Below the pieces are notes generated by a model. The model ran no database searches and was not told where the DNA came from. It saw only the letters and a program-made list of their open reading frames with translations. Position numbers and translations under genes: made by a program. From Neophaeotheca triangularis (taxonomy: Eukaryota), in NCBI GenBank assembly GCA_054600435.1, contig BAAIJX010000016.1:310001-374000 (forward strand): a stretch of DNA of 64,000 nt. Direction: 5' to 3'. Positions 23,010-35,714 of this stretch are shown piece by piece (the first letter of the stretch is position 1; each line of letters begins with the position of its first letter).

Positions 23010-24614
23010 GTTGGGTCTCCTCGGCGGATCGGTGGTTTCACTGCCGGTGCACTAGCATTGTTGCGTGGGTGTTTTCCATGGGTTTTGACGACGGATGGGT
23101 AGCAAGGCGATGGCGCTTGGGGCGTTTCTCGCGTGTAAAGAAGGCACGCCAGCTTGTAGCATAGGTCCTGCTAGCGTGATACCCCACGACGCTCAGCTAG
23201 CTAGCTTTTTTCGAATGAATGTGAAAGTCTTTCTTGTAGCCCTTTCCCCGGCTTTTTCTATATTATTTCCCCCGTCGCTCCTGGTTGCTCATAATTTGCT
23301 GATCGCTCACGACCCTTCCTCCGCTTGCCAACGAGTGATACCGGAGACAACTCTACCTACAACCAAGAAGAGGTGGGAGTTGCTGAAACGACTGGATCCA
23401 CGAGAGTCCGGGCTGAGCTCCTCAATCCCTCACCACGAACACCGCTCCCCTACCTGACTCCAGTGCCGAGGAGCCATGGCACACTCGCTCTAGATAGCAT
23501 AACCCCTCCCAAACGCTCTAATCGCCAAAACCAGCCCACAAATCAAACCACCAAGCACGCCCCCTTCGCCCCCAGCCAAAACCACCCTCCACCCTCTCCA
23601 CGAAGCCCAGCCCCCCGGTACTCATATCGCAGACCCCAAGCCCCCGCTCTTACCACCAAGATGCTCTCACTACAGCGTTCTAGCCACTAAAGACAACTAC
23701 CTTGACCCCGATTCCCCGGCTTCCAGCTCGCTGGCACGATATCATTGTGGCTTTCGCCCAGTGCCGTGCTCAATGGGAATAACTTCACAACCTTGGAAGC
23801 CGCTAGATTGTCAAGGTGAACTGACTGACTTGCCATGAAGTTTCTATCGGGTTCTGCCGGCGAGTTAGGCAGGAATACCGAGGCCCTGGTCTAATGTTTG
23901 GGGCTTTTGGGTTGGGTGATGGGGCTGGAGGTTTTTTGTGTTGGGGGTGGTGGGTAGGGTTTTGTGAGGGTGGATTGGGGGGTTGGCTGGGGTTGGAGAT
24001 GTGGATACAGTATCGTTGCACTTCTTACTTTGAGAGGAGGGGGGAGGGGGGGGAAAATGATTGGCGAGTTTGGCGATGAGGTGTGGGGTTGAGGGCATAA
24101 GGGAAGTGATGTTGGGGGTTGGTGCGGTTGCTGGTGCTGGTGCCTGGTTATTGGGTATTGCTTACGGAGTTGACGAGGCTGGTGAGTTGCGGTTGTTGAG
24201 GATCACTTCTGTTGCTGGCGCTTAGGCTTGGAGGTACGTTATGGCGCGTATAAAGCTGGCGGTTTGCGAGTGTTGTGGATCAGTTCACTTGCTGCTGCTG
24301 AGGCAAGGCCCTGTCTTCCAGCTTTCAGAAGACGCTATGTTTGCTTACCTCCACCTACCATGTTGGGCCAAGACTGGCGGCATGGGGACTACTCGCTTGC
24401 AGTTTAGACTGCTTAGAGATTCTTCACCTACCTCGGCCGAGACATGCAGAGAGTTACCACTGGCGACATCAACCTCACTCGAGGCGCGCGTGATCAGGCG
24501 CCTTCTAATTGACTGCTGCATAAGTGAACTCCGAGCAACTATCCCACATCTTCAAGACTACCGACTTCAACAATTGCGGCAACCACAGCTTCTCCACGAC
24601 AATTCACCACCGAC

Positions 24615-25439
24615 ATGTCGAAACGGAAGACCTCTGACGATCACCTCGACCTACCTGCTAGCAAGAAAGGTAGGCTCACGTCCTCCGACAATACTTTCGC
24701 GGCAGAGGCGTTGAAGAGGTATCAGGCTGTGTCAGCGAGACAGGCTTTCAGTTCACGTCAGGCAACATTGCGGGCGTCTTTCGATGGGGAGACGGCGGAT
24801 GATCCGGGAGAGGATAGCGAAGGTATGTGTGGCTTTCTATCGCATACTTTGCTTATCGATCTCGAGCTGACTGCGCCAACAGATTTGGAGGTTACAGCTG
24901 CTGTCGATCCCACAGCTGAAGCTTTTGACTTTTTATCCGGACAGGCGGGCCAGACGCTGAGTGCTATTCGGCATCTGAAGGATACGATTGACGCCCAAGC
25001 TCGGCAGATCGAGGCGGCTAACCTTGAATTGCAAGAGCGTGAGGAGCGCATCATCAACCTGAGTCTTCAAGCAGTGCTGCAGAGAGATGAGCATATAGAA
25101 ACCCAGAAGCAAAAGGACGAGGAGATTGAAAAGTTCTGGATTCGGGCTGCGCAAGCCGAAGATGATGCTGATTGTCAGCGCGGTCAAAAAGAAAAGCTGC
25201 TCGCCAAGTTTGACTTGATTGAGAAGTCATACTTCCGTCACCTTGGGCTTGACAAGGGAGAGATTGGCACAAAGATCATCTTTGGCATTAAACAGCTCGA
25301 GATGGAGCGCAAGATGCTGCAGGACGACAGGGATGTTCTCAAGGAGCGCTTGGCGGCATCGACGTTGGCGGCTCAGAAGACGCTGGATGCAATTAAGGGG
25401 ATGACTGGGACGAGGTCGCTGGAGGACGAGACCAACTAG
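24615..25439 (+). CDS. Orphan coiled-coil protein (local family member A); probable 60-nt in-frame intron 24823-24882
   Basis: Basic NLS-like start MSKRKTSDD...KKGR, heptad-rich C-terminal half, GTATGT...GCTGAC...CAG intron signals. Confidence 0.65.
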   Translation: MSKRKTSDDHLDLPASKKGRLTSSDNTFAAEALKRYQAVSARQAFSSRQATLRASFDGETADDPGEDSEGMCGFLSHTLLIDLELTAPTDLEVTAAVDPTAEAFDFLSGQAGQTLSAIRHLKDTIDAQARQIEAANLELQEREERIINLSLQAVLQRDEHIETQKQKDEEIEKFWIRAAQAEDDADCQRGQKEKLLAKFDLIEKSYFRHLGLDKGEIGTKIIFGIKQLEMERKMLQDDRDVLKERLAASTLAAQKTLDAIKGMTGTRSLEDETN

Positions 25440-25771
25440 CTGAACGTGGACCTCCGGCATGACTATGGCGGGCGAGGCAGGGAATGGAAAGAGTGCGAAT
25501 CCCAACAGCTGCTACTCGTAAGAATGCGAGCTTGGATATTCCCAGTTTCGTTCAATTACTGGGCATATCTCGTTCGGGATACAACTTGGCCGGAATAGGA
25601 AGGCACGTTCTCTGATCTGCGTAAGTTACAAGTCATTCGCCTCGCTCTTTCCCTATAGCTGCGACTTCTTACGGCTGCTGTTCTGGGGCTCGACATCAAG
25701 ACTTTCTGACCTCACCTCTCCATCCTTCTTCCACTACCACCGCACCTCACTTCACTAGGCCATCAGCCGCG

Positions 25772-26728
25772 ATGACAGACTCGATGCCGTTGGTATGTCG
25801 CATCTCCCAGTTCACTGCTGTGCGGGTGTACACTTGAAGGGGTCGACAAGCTAACATAGAGTGCAGGCTCGAGTCTACACGTCTTTCCCGGTGCAATCGT
25901 CACCCTTGCTACTTGAGCGCCTGTCATACAGACCCCAATCAACGGTTGCGATGAGATCCGACGACGAACCCATGAAAAGGTCCAAACGGCTCTGCGCCGA
26001 CGCCAAACCTAATCCACCAAGCACGAAAAGAGCAAAAGTATCAAAGTCCGAGCCAGCCGGTCATACTACAGAGAACGCTTTCGAGATCCTGTCCAAGCAA
26101 GTCGACCTGTCCAAGCAAGTCGACCTGTCCAAGCAAGTCGACCAAACCGTCGAAGCTATCCAGCACCTCAAGACAACCATCACCGAGCAGGCTGAACAGA
26201 TTGAGACCTCGGGGAAAGCGGTCAAGACCCGAGACGAGCGAATCTTGCAGCTTGAACTGCAAATCGAGGAGCAAGCTACAATTGAGCTGAGGTGCGGCGA
26301 GATCCGAGCTATGAAGACGCGACTGGAGAAGGCAGAGACCGATGCTCTCCAACAGCGCACCGAAACTGCTCACAGCTATCGTGGGGGTAGAGGAGCAATT
26401 TCTGTCCGAGTTCCATAAGCTGGATCGCTCAAGCCCGGTGGTAAACCTTTTATTTCGAGTCAAGCAGCTTTACCGCGAGCGCGAGAAGTTGCAAGGCGAC
26501 CAGAATTTCCTCATGCGGAGTTTGGACAAGGATATGAAGGATGGCGACAATCTTATGTCACTTCTGAAGACATTTGCGGAGGCGGCGCAGTCTGTTGATC
26601 AGTACTTGACAGCATCTTCCGAAGGCTCGCAAACGGTGCTTTGTCGATTTTCAATGGTGCACAGAAAATTAAGTCTCCCCAGTAACGATCTAAGGTACCC
26701 AATGCAAAAGCTCAGAAACGGGGTCTAG
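25772..26728 (+). pseudogene. Frameshifted paralog of the 24615 coiled-coil gene (member B)
   Basis: ENAFEILSKQ...QTVEAIQHLKTTITEQAEQIE aligns with AEAFDFLSGQAGQTLSAIRHLKDTIDAQARQIE. Similarity continues in another frame after about 26360 (KLL...LFRVKQLYREREKLQGD vs KLL...IFGIKQLEMERKMLQDD). Probable first exon 25772-25792. Confidence 0.7.
26089..26142 (+). repeat. Perfect 18-bp tandem repeat x3 (CTGTCCAAGCAAGTCGAC, encoding LSKQVD)
   Basis: Three identical copies read directly from the sequence. Confidence 0.95.
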
Positions 26729-27563
26729 GATCGGGCCCTCTACCGGGCTAGCGATGTGAACGAATGGTCCCGAGGGAGCTGACTCTACTCAAGACTGGCG
26801 GCAGTTATCGGAAAATTCAGTCCACAATGCTCCCCTTTGGCTTCCCTTATCTGAACGCAGCCACTCGGTCACCTATAGGCACTCCGACATTGCTGAAACA
26901 CATAGATGCTTTCTTCCACTATCTGGAGTGCCTGGCGAGCGGACAAAACATGTTGAATCTGCTACCTTCTTTTTTAGTACCCGGTGTCGCTCGGTAGAAT
27001 TCAGTTACCCCTGGCAACTCCGCTGACATCGACCTGAGCAACATATGCCTTTTAGTACCAGGGAGCAACTACCCTCGTAGCAATAAAGGGGGCCCTTGTC
27101 ACCCTCTTGTCCCCTCATCAGCGCCAGGGAGCGTTCGCCCCGTCATGTTTCCCCCTTTCCGCTGCCTCCGGGCCTCCGCTATGACTTCGATTGACAGCCC
27201 CCTCTCTTCTCTCATAGCCACTTGTGCTACTTAACGGGCGTTGGAGGGATCGCTAGGCTTTGGCCTGCCACCACTCACACCGAAATGCTTCTGGCAGTGC
27301 CATTCACTTTCGAATCGTACCTTCTACCACTGTCACATGCTTTCCATCGTTTACGACACTCTTAGCGCTAAGTCAGTACGCAATGGCCACCGCCTCAAGC
27401 ACCTTTCAACTTCACAGCGGCTGAAAGAACTCCATCAATCTTTTCCACACTAGGCAGACTTCACTCCACCAACCCCTGACATCTTCGAAGGCAAGGCATA
27501 TTTTTCTAACCGCCGATGCTTGTTCCCTTTCACTAACACCGTCTATGAAGCTTCTTCCTTTTC

Positions 27564-29093
27564 ATGAGCGGCACGATGTCTAAAAGGAGGGCACCTGAGG
27601 GTGAAGAGTGTGAAGAGCACGACTCCAACAAGAAGAGCCGAACGCTTCACAGTGCAGAGACCACGAAGCAAGGCATCGAAAAAGCCAAAATGTCGCTTGC
27701 TGAGCTTGCCGAAGTTAGAAGAAAGAGGTCTTTGAGCAATTACCTTTCAACTGCACGCCAAGAGCGCCGAAGGAGAAAGGACTTTCCGGACCTCAGCGAG
27801 AAAGAGAAGGAGTCAGCGATCTAGGAGGTGGAGGAACGAGTTCGTCAGAAGTTTGCGGCTACCTACAAGCCCATAGGGCTGTCTACCTTACAGTCGCAAG
27901 GCACTACCGAAGGGAACGATGAGGAGGAATATTTGGGGCCAGGAGGAGAGAAGACATCCCCTAGGGCCGGGTCCCCAGGACATGACACCGTCACGGCGGC
28001 ACCCGGGCTGAGAAGCAGTGATATCTCCAGCCACCAAGACGAAGCGAAGGACGATGTTCAACAATTCGATGATGCCAGGTACATGAGGAAGAAGAAGGAG
28101 AGCATGTCAGCAGCTGAGGGAAATCGTTTCAATTCTAGGCTCTACCAAGCCAGAAGCAAAAGGAGGAGCGCCGCAGACTTTGAGTCTCTGAGCGAAGAGG
28201 AGAAAAGATTGGCCCTGCAGGAGGCTGAGACGGGGTTTTACCGGCGAGAAAGGCAAAAGATGGATGCCGCAAACAGAGATCAAAGCACCTGGATGCCCTC
28301 ATCAGCACCCTCTATGCATCATGGTCAAGAACATGAAGTCACCGAGAACATGTCGCCTCTTGCCTCCTTCACGAAGCGTCATTCGCAAAGTACCAGCGAG
28401 CCACCTCAAGGAAAAGCAACCCATACCAACACAGCCATGCACAATTCTTCCGAGCGCACAAGGGACTCCTTCAACCCCACTTCCAGCGCTACTGCGCAAG
28501 CAGTCAACCCATCTTCAGCAGACGACGCACTCGACTTTCTGGCTACGGGGCTCAGCACCATCCGCCAATCCCTGGACGATGCCAAGACCAGCCTCAGCAA
28601 GAAGGAAAAAGAGCTCTCGGCCATCAAACTCCAGCTTGAGGCCAGCGAGGCCAAGAACATCCAGCTTGAAGCGGAGGTCAAACATCACAAAGCGACCATC
28701 GCTGACTTCGAGGAGACCAAGCTCGTTGACGAGACCAAAATGGACAAGATCAAGGAGCTGGAGCTCGCTTTGGCCGCAGAGAAGCGGCAGTCCCAAAGCA
28801 AGACCGACCGATTCCAAGGACTCTTTGATCAGGTTCATGAGATTAGCTGCCTCATCTCATCACCCGAATACGACACCGGCTTGGAGAGGCCAGAAGACCA
28901 CTTGAGAAAGCCAGAAGACATTGTCGAACGTCTGAGGAATACAACGAATGCGCTGGCTCGGGTGCTGGAGAACAATCAAACGAAGATGGTGATGTATGAG
29001 AGAGACAGGGAGGAGGCGGTTTCGGCGATGGAGAAGGTACTCGAGGCTTTCAAGGGTAAGAGGAAGATGGAGGCCGGGAAGGAAGAAGAGTAG
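27564..29093 (+). pseudogene. Coiled-coil gene (member C) interrupted by one in-frame TAG at 27822-27824
   Basis: ORFs 27564-27824 and 27828-29093 are in the same frame. The internal repeat DFPDLSEKEKESAI*EVE vs DFESLSEEEKRLALQEAE places the stop at a Gln position. ADDALDFLA resembles the family motif. Confidence 0.7.
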
Positions 29094-30496
29094 TAGGAAG
29101 GAGTATGGAGAGAGCTGTGCTTAACCATGATTAGGGCATTGAGGCATTGGAAATGGGCGTTCGTGGCGGTCTCGGCGGTTTTGTAGCTAGTCTGAACCAG
29201 TAGAGTGCTCGCTAGGGTCAGTATAGCCGTGGGCGTAAGATGGCCTTTTAGATGCAAATGCAGAACAGGTCGACAGGAAGCAAGCGCCGGGGGGCAGTAG
29301 TAGCACCAAGCATGATGCTGTCTGATCTTTCCTTGTATGGCATTTGACCGTATCGAGCCCTGTAATTCAGGCCCATCTCACTCAGCAGCGAAGCCAGGTT
29401 ATTGAAGTTACGTAGCCTTACCCGGTATCACTACTGCCAACAGATTTTCGTGAAGGTTGCGTTGGGCTTTAGAGACTGGAGACTCAAGGTGATCTCTGTA
29501 TCGTTGAGGTCCTTCAATAACAGCACTCTGGATGCTACTGCACAGACCGTAGAAGGAGGCTGGCCTCTCTCCCTCAGTAGATAAGCTTTTGGACGCGTGA
29601 AGGCCGCGAAAACCCTTCGGATGCTTTCACAATACCAAGAGGCGCCTTGTCGTCCATTTTAGTAGCTTCCGTCAACGATAGACTTGCTTCCTCAGCCAAG
29701 TAGGCAAAGTGTCTGTATTGTCTCGCAACGCTGGTATGAAGCGTTTCAGGGGCCGATCTCCTCAGTCGTTGCCGTGGCGCAGTAGATATATCGAGGGCTT
29801 GAACAGCTTGGAAGGGCCTTCAACTTCACTGGACGTTGGCTGATTCGAAATTTGTTGGCAGGAGACGAGGAAGGCTGCCGGCTGCCGTTGATCGTGCCAC
29901 TTGCTTTTGCTAAGCGGTCGCTTGCTTGCTTGCCTGCTCTACTAAGGCTTACAACTTCCTGAGCCTGATCTGGTCCAAGTCTCACGGTAAAGCACTCTTC
30001 TACAGTCCGCCATCTGACGACAAGACAAGGCTCACTGCTGCTTGGCCGACAGCTTACAACCCACAACGACTCGACCATGGCACGCGAGCGAAAGGCCGAT
30101 GCCTCAGATACCATACCCTCGAAAGTGGTACCGCCACCACGAGAGTCGCGCGTGTCAAGGCTTCCCATTCTTCGTCCAAAGCCACCACGGCTCACTCTGA
30201 CACCAGTCAGTGAACCTCTCGGGATGGAAACCACGGTCAGTGAAGCTTCCAGTAACCGCATCTCTCATCTCCTGGCGCGGTTGATGTCAAAGAGCCCGGT
30301 GGCTTCACCCTGCTTCAGCGCTACTGTGAGAGCAACGAATTATGCTGTCATTTGCTTCTTGCAAGGGAAAAAGCAGCATGCATGGTCAGGGAGGTAGTTA
30401 GCAGCTTCACTCTCATCATTTATACCAACCCCGCCCGCAGCCTACTTCTCATTCATTAGTCTCCTAGTATAGCTCGAGCAGGCAATAGCAATGTAA

Positions 30497-31789
30497 ATGA
30501 GCCGTAGGCCGAGGGCCTTTGGAACTCCACTCTACTCTCCCGGTCTCGTGATAGGCATAGCACAGCCTTCCACTCCTGTTGCGCCCTCTTCCCTCTTCGA
30601 TTCCTTCTCCTTCCCCTTCTCCTTACACTGTTACACATCCCACGCGAGCCAGCTCCGAGCTGGTCTGCCCCAAGTCCCTTCATCTCCAAAGACTCGCATC
30701 AGAACTCGACCAACCCCTGGAAGATTTCTGCCAAGAAGCCAAAATCGAGTAACCCAACATCTCCATCAAGATGAGCCGCTCCTCGAACCGCTACCGGAGC
30801 CTCTCCCCGAGCCCAGAGAGCGACGAAGGTACACCGCATCACACCACCCCTCGCCACGATTAGCCTCGCTAACAAACCAACTAGGCAGCGAAGACCCCAG
30901 TGGAACCTCGCTCGCGGCGATCGATGCCGCTCTCATCTACGTCAACACACATCTCGGCAATACCGGATCAGGTGAATGGCACTATTCGGTTCTTCGCGCC
31001 GGTATCAAGGAGTTGATTCTAGATGGTGATACGGCGGCCGCGAAGCTCCAAGAGGCGAATGATCTCAATCGCAGGCTCGGTGCTGAGAAGTTCAAACTGA
31101 ACGAGAAATTGCTGAACTCTGTTGAGGTGAAGCAGGAAGTGATGGATGAAGAAGGGATTGCTGGGGACGCAAAGCCGTTCCAAGGGTCCAAGAGGAAGCG
31201 AGAGTCCGAGGAGGAAGAGGGGGCCAGGAAAACAAAGAGAGCCCGGGTCTTCGTCGCTCATCGGGTCGGGAGCCGAGTGTCGAAGACCTTGACTGGGTGT
31301 GTGCGTACAGCTGCAATCCGCGCCCGCCCAAAGTCCAGTGAAGGTTGGTTCGCCGACGCGCGAAGAGCACCGAAGCCTTCGAATCTGCCATCGGTCAAAG
31401 AGCGAGCCGCCGATGCCGTGGCGTCCCTGCTCAGATCCCGACCCAAGCGCGCAGACTTCGACGAGCACATGACCGGCCTGAGTTGGTTCTCACGCATGGT
31501 CGCCGAGAAGGAGAAGGACAAGGCGCAGGCGAAGAAAATCGACAGACTCGAACGCTCGAACGCCAGGCTTTCCAGAGAGAACAGAACCGTCAGGAAAGTG
31601 CGTAACAACCTCCTAAAAGCCCATCACGCTCGAGAGTACCACCTCGAAAAGGTTCAGAGGGAGTTGAAGGATTCCCTACGCGCTGAAGCTCGTGTTCGGA
31701 GGGAGCTCCACGGTGCCTCGAGCCGGGAGAAAAGGAACGCCGAAAGCAATCCTGAAAGGAACGCGCGGAGCACCTGCGTGGGACAGTAG
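30497..31789 (+). CDS. Hypothetical basic/coiled-coil protein (430 aa; true start uncertain)
   Basis: Long ORF with NLS-like GSKRKRESEEEEGARKTKR and two predicted coiled-coil segments. No family recognised. Confidence 0.5.
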   Translation: MSRRPRAFGTPLYSPGLVIGIAQPSTPVAPSSLFDSFSFPFSLHCYTSHASQLRAGLPQVPSSPKTRIRTRPTPGRFLPRSQNRVTQHLHQDEPLLEPLPEPLPEPRERRRYTASHHPSPRLASLTNQLGSEDPSGTSLAAIDAALIYVNTHLGNTGSGEWHYSVLRAGIKELILDGDTAAAKLQEANDLNRRLGAEKFKLNEKLLNSVEVKQEVMDEEGIAGDAKPFQGSKRKRESEEEEGARKTKRARVFVAHRVGSRVSKTLTGCVRTAAIRARPKSSEGWFADARRAPKPSNLPSVKERAADAVASLLRSRPKRADFDEHMTGLSWFSRMVAEKEKDKAQAKKIDRLERSNARLSRENRTVRKVRNNLLKAHHAREYHLEKVQRELKDSLRAEARVRRELHGASSREKRNAESNPERNARSTCVGQ

Positions 31790-32455
31790 TTCTGAGAGTG
31801 ACGATTCGGATTGCATTGACTCGGAAGGTGCCGGCTTAAAAGCCAGCAAAGATAGAGAATGGAAGTGATGGTAGAGAACGAGCTCGGATAGAAATCCGGT
31901 GATGGTTCGGCGAGGGAGCTTTCCTCTACCTCTACATACGCCAAGCCGCTGGCAGAAGTAGCTACCTAGTCGCCCCTGCCCTCCACGCCGTTGTGCTGTC
32001 GCCGTCAAAGCCTTGTCGGGCTACGTAGAGTGGGAGATTGGGTTTCGAGGCGCATCCGTTCGCTCGCATTGAGAGCTCTGGACTCTAAGTAGCCGTGTCC
32101 CGGCCACTACTTCGAAAAGCTCTCCGGCACGTGCGTTACTAGGAGCTATTCGGCAGTGAGTATGGGTCCATACGGTGGCAACACCCAGAGAAATACTAAG
32201 GGGATAGTCGACAAAGTACTACAATTCCTTCGTTCCAAAATTGACTTCTTGCTCGCTGTCATGGGAAATCGACTACGACTATCAGCGGTTTCGACATCAG
32301 TCCCAGCAACAACCCTCTCTGCTCCCCTCCGCTCCTTTTCACGCACAAAACAGCGCATCCCCTCTTCAGCAGTCCGAGAGCCTTCAAATCACCCGCGCAA
32401 TACTCCCCCAGGCCCCCCTCAAACCCCAACCCACGACCCGCCAAACATACCAAGA

Positions 32456-35151
32456 CTAATACGGCACAGTCTTAACCTTCCCCCTAACCTCGTCGGGCAA
32501 ATCCTCCAACCCCACCAAACCAAGCTGCAGCGCATCGCCCCAAAAAAACATTGCCCGATGCTGCGCATACCCCAAATAATCAAACTCCTCCTCCAGCTCG
32601 TCCTCGCCCTCGGTGGACTCGGCCTTGACCTCAGAAGAACCGCTCGCACCCCCTACATTTCTAGTCTCGACCGCGCTCTTGAAATCCTTCGCAGCTTCGT
32701 GCTCGCCAATCAACTCGCGATACTCTTCGGCGCGCTCGCCCAGACTTTCTTGCACCGGCGTCTCGACGATATCGCCGTCGGTCGTCTTGGCGGCGCTTTC
32801 GTCGCTGCCGTCGAAATCCGGCATCCCGGGCACTTTGGCTTGCACGATGCCCCAGGCGACCCATTGGGCCGTGTTGGCGAGACGCCAGAGGCGAGTTTCC
32901 GCTAGCAGGTGCTTGACTTCGGCGTCTTCGGCGGCGCCGTCGTCCGAACCCGCTCCCCCGGTGCTATTGCCGCCGGTTTGCTGCTCGACGGTTGGAAAGT
33001 AGGGGTTACGTGCGTCGAGCATGAATTCGGAGATGCTGGTCGTGGGTCTGCGGGACATGTCGGAGAGGGCGGGGCTGGTGGTGGAAGAGGTGGTGATGTT
33101 GGCGGCCATGGGAGTGAGTTTGGGGGTCGAGGCGTTGAGGGCGGGTTTGTGCTGGACGTACGAGCGAATGAAGCGTTCTTGCTCGTTGGGGTTGGGGTAG
33201 AGTTCTGTTTTGCATGCGTAGGGTTTGCGCTCTTCGTGGTAGTTGTAGCACCATTCCGTGAAGTGGTTGGCGAATTCTAAGCCCGGCAAATTGGCGTTGG
33301 CGTATTCAAAGTCGATGACTACGAGGCGTTTGTGGGTATTTGCGGGGAGTAGCAGGGGTGATTCGCCGCCGGGGGTGAGACGGAGGATGTTGCCGTATTG
33401 GGTCTGGATGAGTCAGTAAGAGTCGGTGAAGTAATGTCAGGTACTTGACGTACATCGTTGTGGGCGAAAACGAGTCTCTCCTTGATCTCTTTCGGGCCCC
33501 CGTAGATACTGTTGAGGTACTCGCGATACTTCTCGACAGTCTTTTTGAACACAGGCCACTTGACACCGCAAATAAGGCCGCGCCTCTTCCACGCATCGTC
33601 TCCGGAAGGCTTTTCGCCTGGCTTCTGCGACAACACCTGCTCGTCGAGCCAGCACACAACCTGCTCAACGCGGGCAACCCACTTGTCCCAGTTGCGCCAA
33701 ATAAAAGGACCAGCATCGCGCTCGCTGTCAAGGAGTTCTATTCCAAAGTGCAGCTCGCGCATACGCTTTGCGATTTGTTTGCTTGTATCCGGGTTGTGCA
33801 GATCGTCATGAGTCAATGTCTCGGCGTGGAAGAATTCTTCGAAGCGCCCATTGGCAAACGTGCCGAGAAGACGAGGTCCAATACGTTTGCGAGCGAGACG
33901 ACGCAAAATTTGAAGTTCCTCCTCTCGATCGATTAGATGCTCAACCTGTGGACCGTAGATACGGAGTAGAAGCTTTTGTGGTGCCTTCTTTGACGTAGAA
34001 GGGCCATCTTCGGGTAGTTCATTCGGGGGAGTTACCACGTAAACGGCATTTGTGAGCGCTCCGCTGAGGCGCTGGACCTCAATCTTCTCACTGAGCTTCA
34101 TGGGAACACGGCGCCATCCTTTCAGGCGAAGGGTATGCGTAAGACGGACGATCTCGAATTTGAACTTGCCCCAGGCATCCTTGTCCTTGACTACGCGGTC
34201 ACCTTCATCGTCACTGGAGTCTCCGTTCGTATCGGAAGCCTTGCCACTGTAGGACATGGTTTTCGAGTTGTCCAAAGTAGCATCGCAGGACGGCACAAGA
34301 ACGTCACCTTCGAAGTAATCCGTGTCGGAAGAAGCGGTAGATCTTTTGCGGCGATGAAGGTTCCTAACAGAGGGACGGGGACGTAGCTGAGAACTGTAGG
34401 ACGGTTTGCGCGAGCCAGCACCCAGGGAAAGATTCTGTTTCAAGATATTCTCGAGTCTGTCCAAATCAGTGGAGCCATCAGATTCCTCCGACTGGGTTGC
34501 TGTTTCCTCCTCTGCGGCCCGATCTTTGCGATGAAGGTGGAATCCGTGATGCTTTCTGCCGTGCTTAGATTGCTTCTTCGCGGCGTGCTTACGGGACTTT
34601 TTGGCCTTTTCATCTTTGATCCAAGCCGAGATGCCGTCCACGAGACTGTCTAGATTTTTCATGTGGCGTGAGGAAACATCAGAAGGGCTTGTCTCGCTTT
34701 CGAAGTTGTTGCCATCCAGTTGCGGAGTTACCGGCTTCAACTGTGGGCTGATGTTACTCCGACCGGTCAAGCGTTTGGAGTTTACGCGCTTTTGCAGAGG
34801 TCTCTTGCTGCTCTTTTCTTCAAGCTCGAAGTTGTCGACATTCTTTTGATTGCCTAGCATCATGGGTGAAATAGTCTCGGCATTTGGGTCAATTGAGACG
34901 GCTGGAAAGGGAAACAAATAAGCTTAGATCTTGACAGGCACTTGGTCGTTGAGAGCAAGGGACCTGGCGCCAAAGCAAGATGGGTGCGATCAAGGAAGAA
35001 CCCCACAAGAAGAAAGAAACAGCTTACTTTTGGGCGTGTTGCGAGGGGAAGTGGTGTAGTTCATTCCAAGGTAGGAGCTGGGAGAAGCACATCCTTCAGG
35101 CTCTTGCTTGAGTATGCTTGAGGGTTTGGAGTTTGTATCCGAGTCTGCCAT
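32456..35151 (-). CDS. Choline/ethanolamine kinase, 3 exons; introns 34902-35027 and 33404-33453
   Basis: HTLRLKGWRRVP, RLSGALTNAVY, LLLRIYG, IGPRLLGTFANGRFEEF, Brenner motif restored by splicing (FAHND-TQYGNIL) and VIDFEYA...EFANHFTEW. Confidence 0.93.
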
Positions 35152-35714
35152 GATTCTACTACGGTTAAGCGCCTCGACGGCCTGCGGTGTTAGTAGCAGC
35201 GAGGCAGCAATGAGAGCAAGTCTTCCGTCTCAGCAAGGCTAGGTAAGGGATTGTGTGCTAGCAAGGAAGTAATTTGCAGGCGGCAAGAAAGTGAAGGTAA
35301 GTGAAGGTGAGTAGTGTAGTGTATAGGTAGGTAGTAGTGAGGTTGGAAAGCTGGTCATCCAAACCAAACCATGGAACCTAACCAAGCACGGAACACAGCT
35401 GGAACGCAGGGCAAGGCAAGGCATGGCAAGGCAGGGTAGCCAAAAGGCTTAAGCTTATCGGATGTCGCTGCTTGATGCCCGACGTCTGGCCATGATTACG
35501 GCAGTACCCGTGTATATAGGCCAATCACAACACTCGCTGCTTTGTCCCCCCCGCCATGGGCCATGGCCAGCCAACCTTGAGGCCAGCTCGCCTTTGCTTT
35601 TTCAAGACAAAGCGATTCCCGGACGTACACACGATCTTCGTTTGATCATACATACACAGCTAAAAAAACGTATCCCATTACGGCCATTCCACCCCAACCC
35701 CAACCCTACAACCC

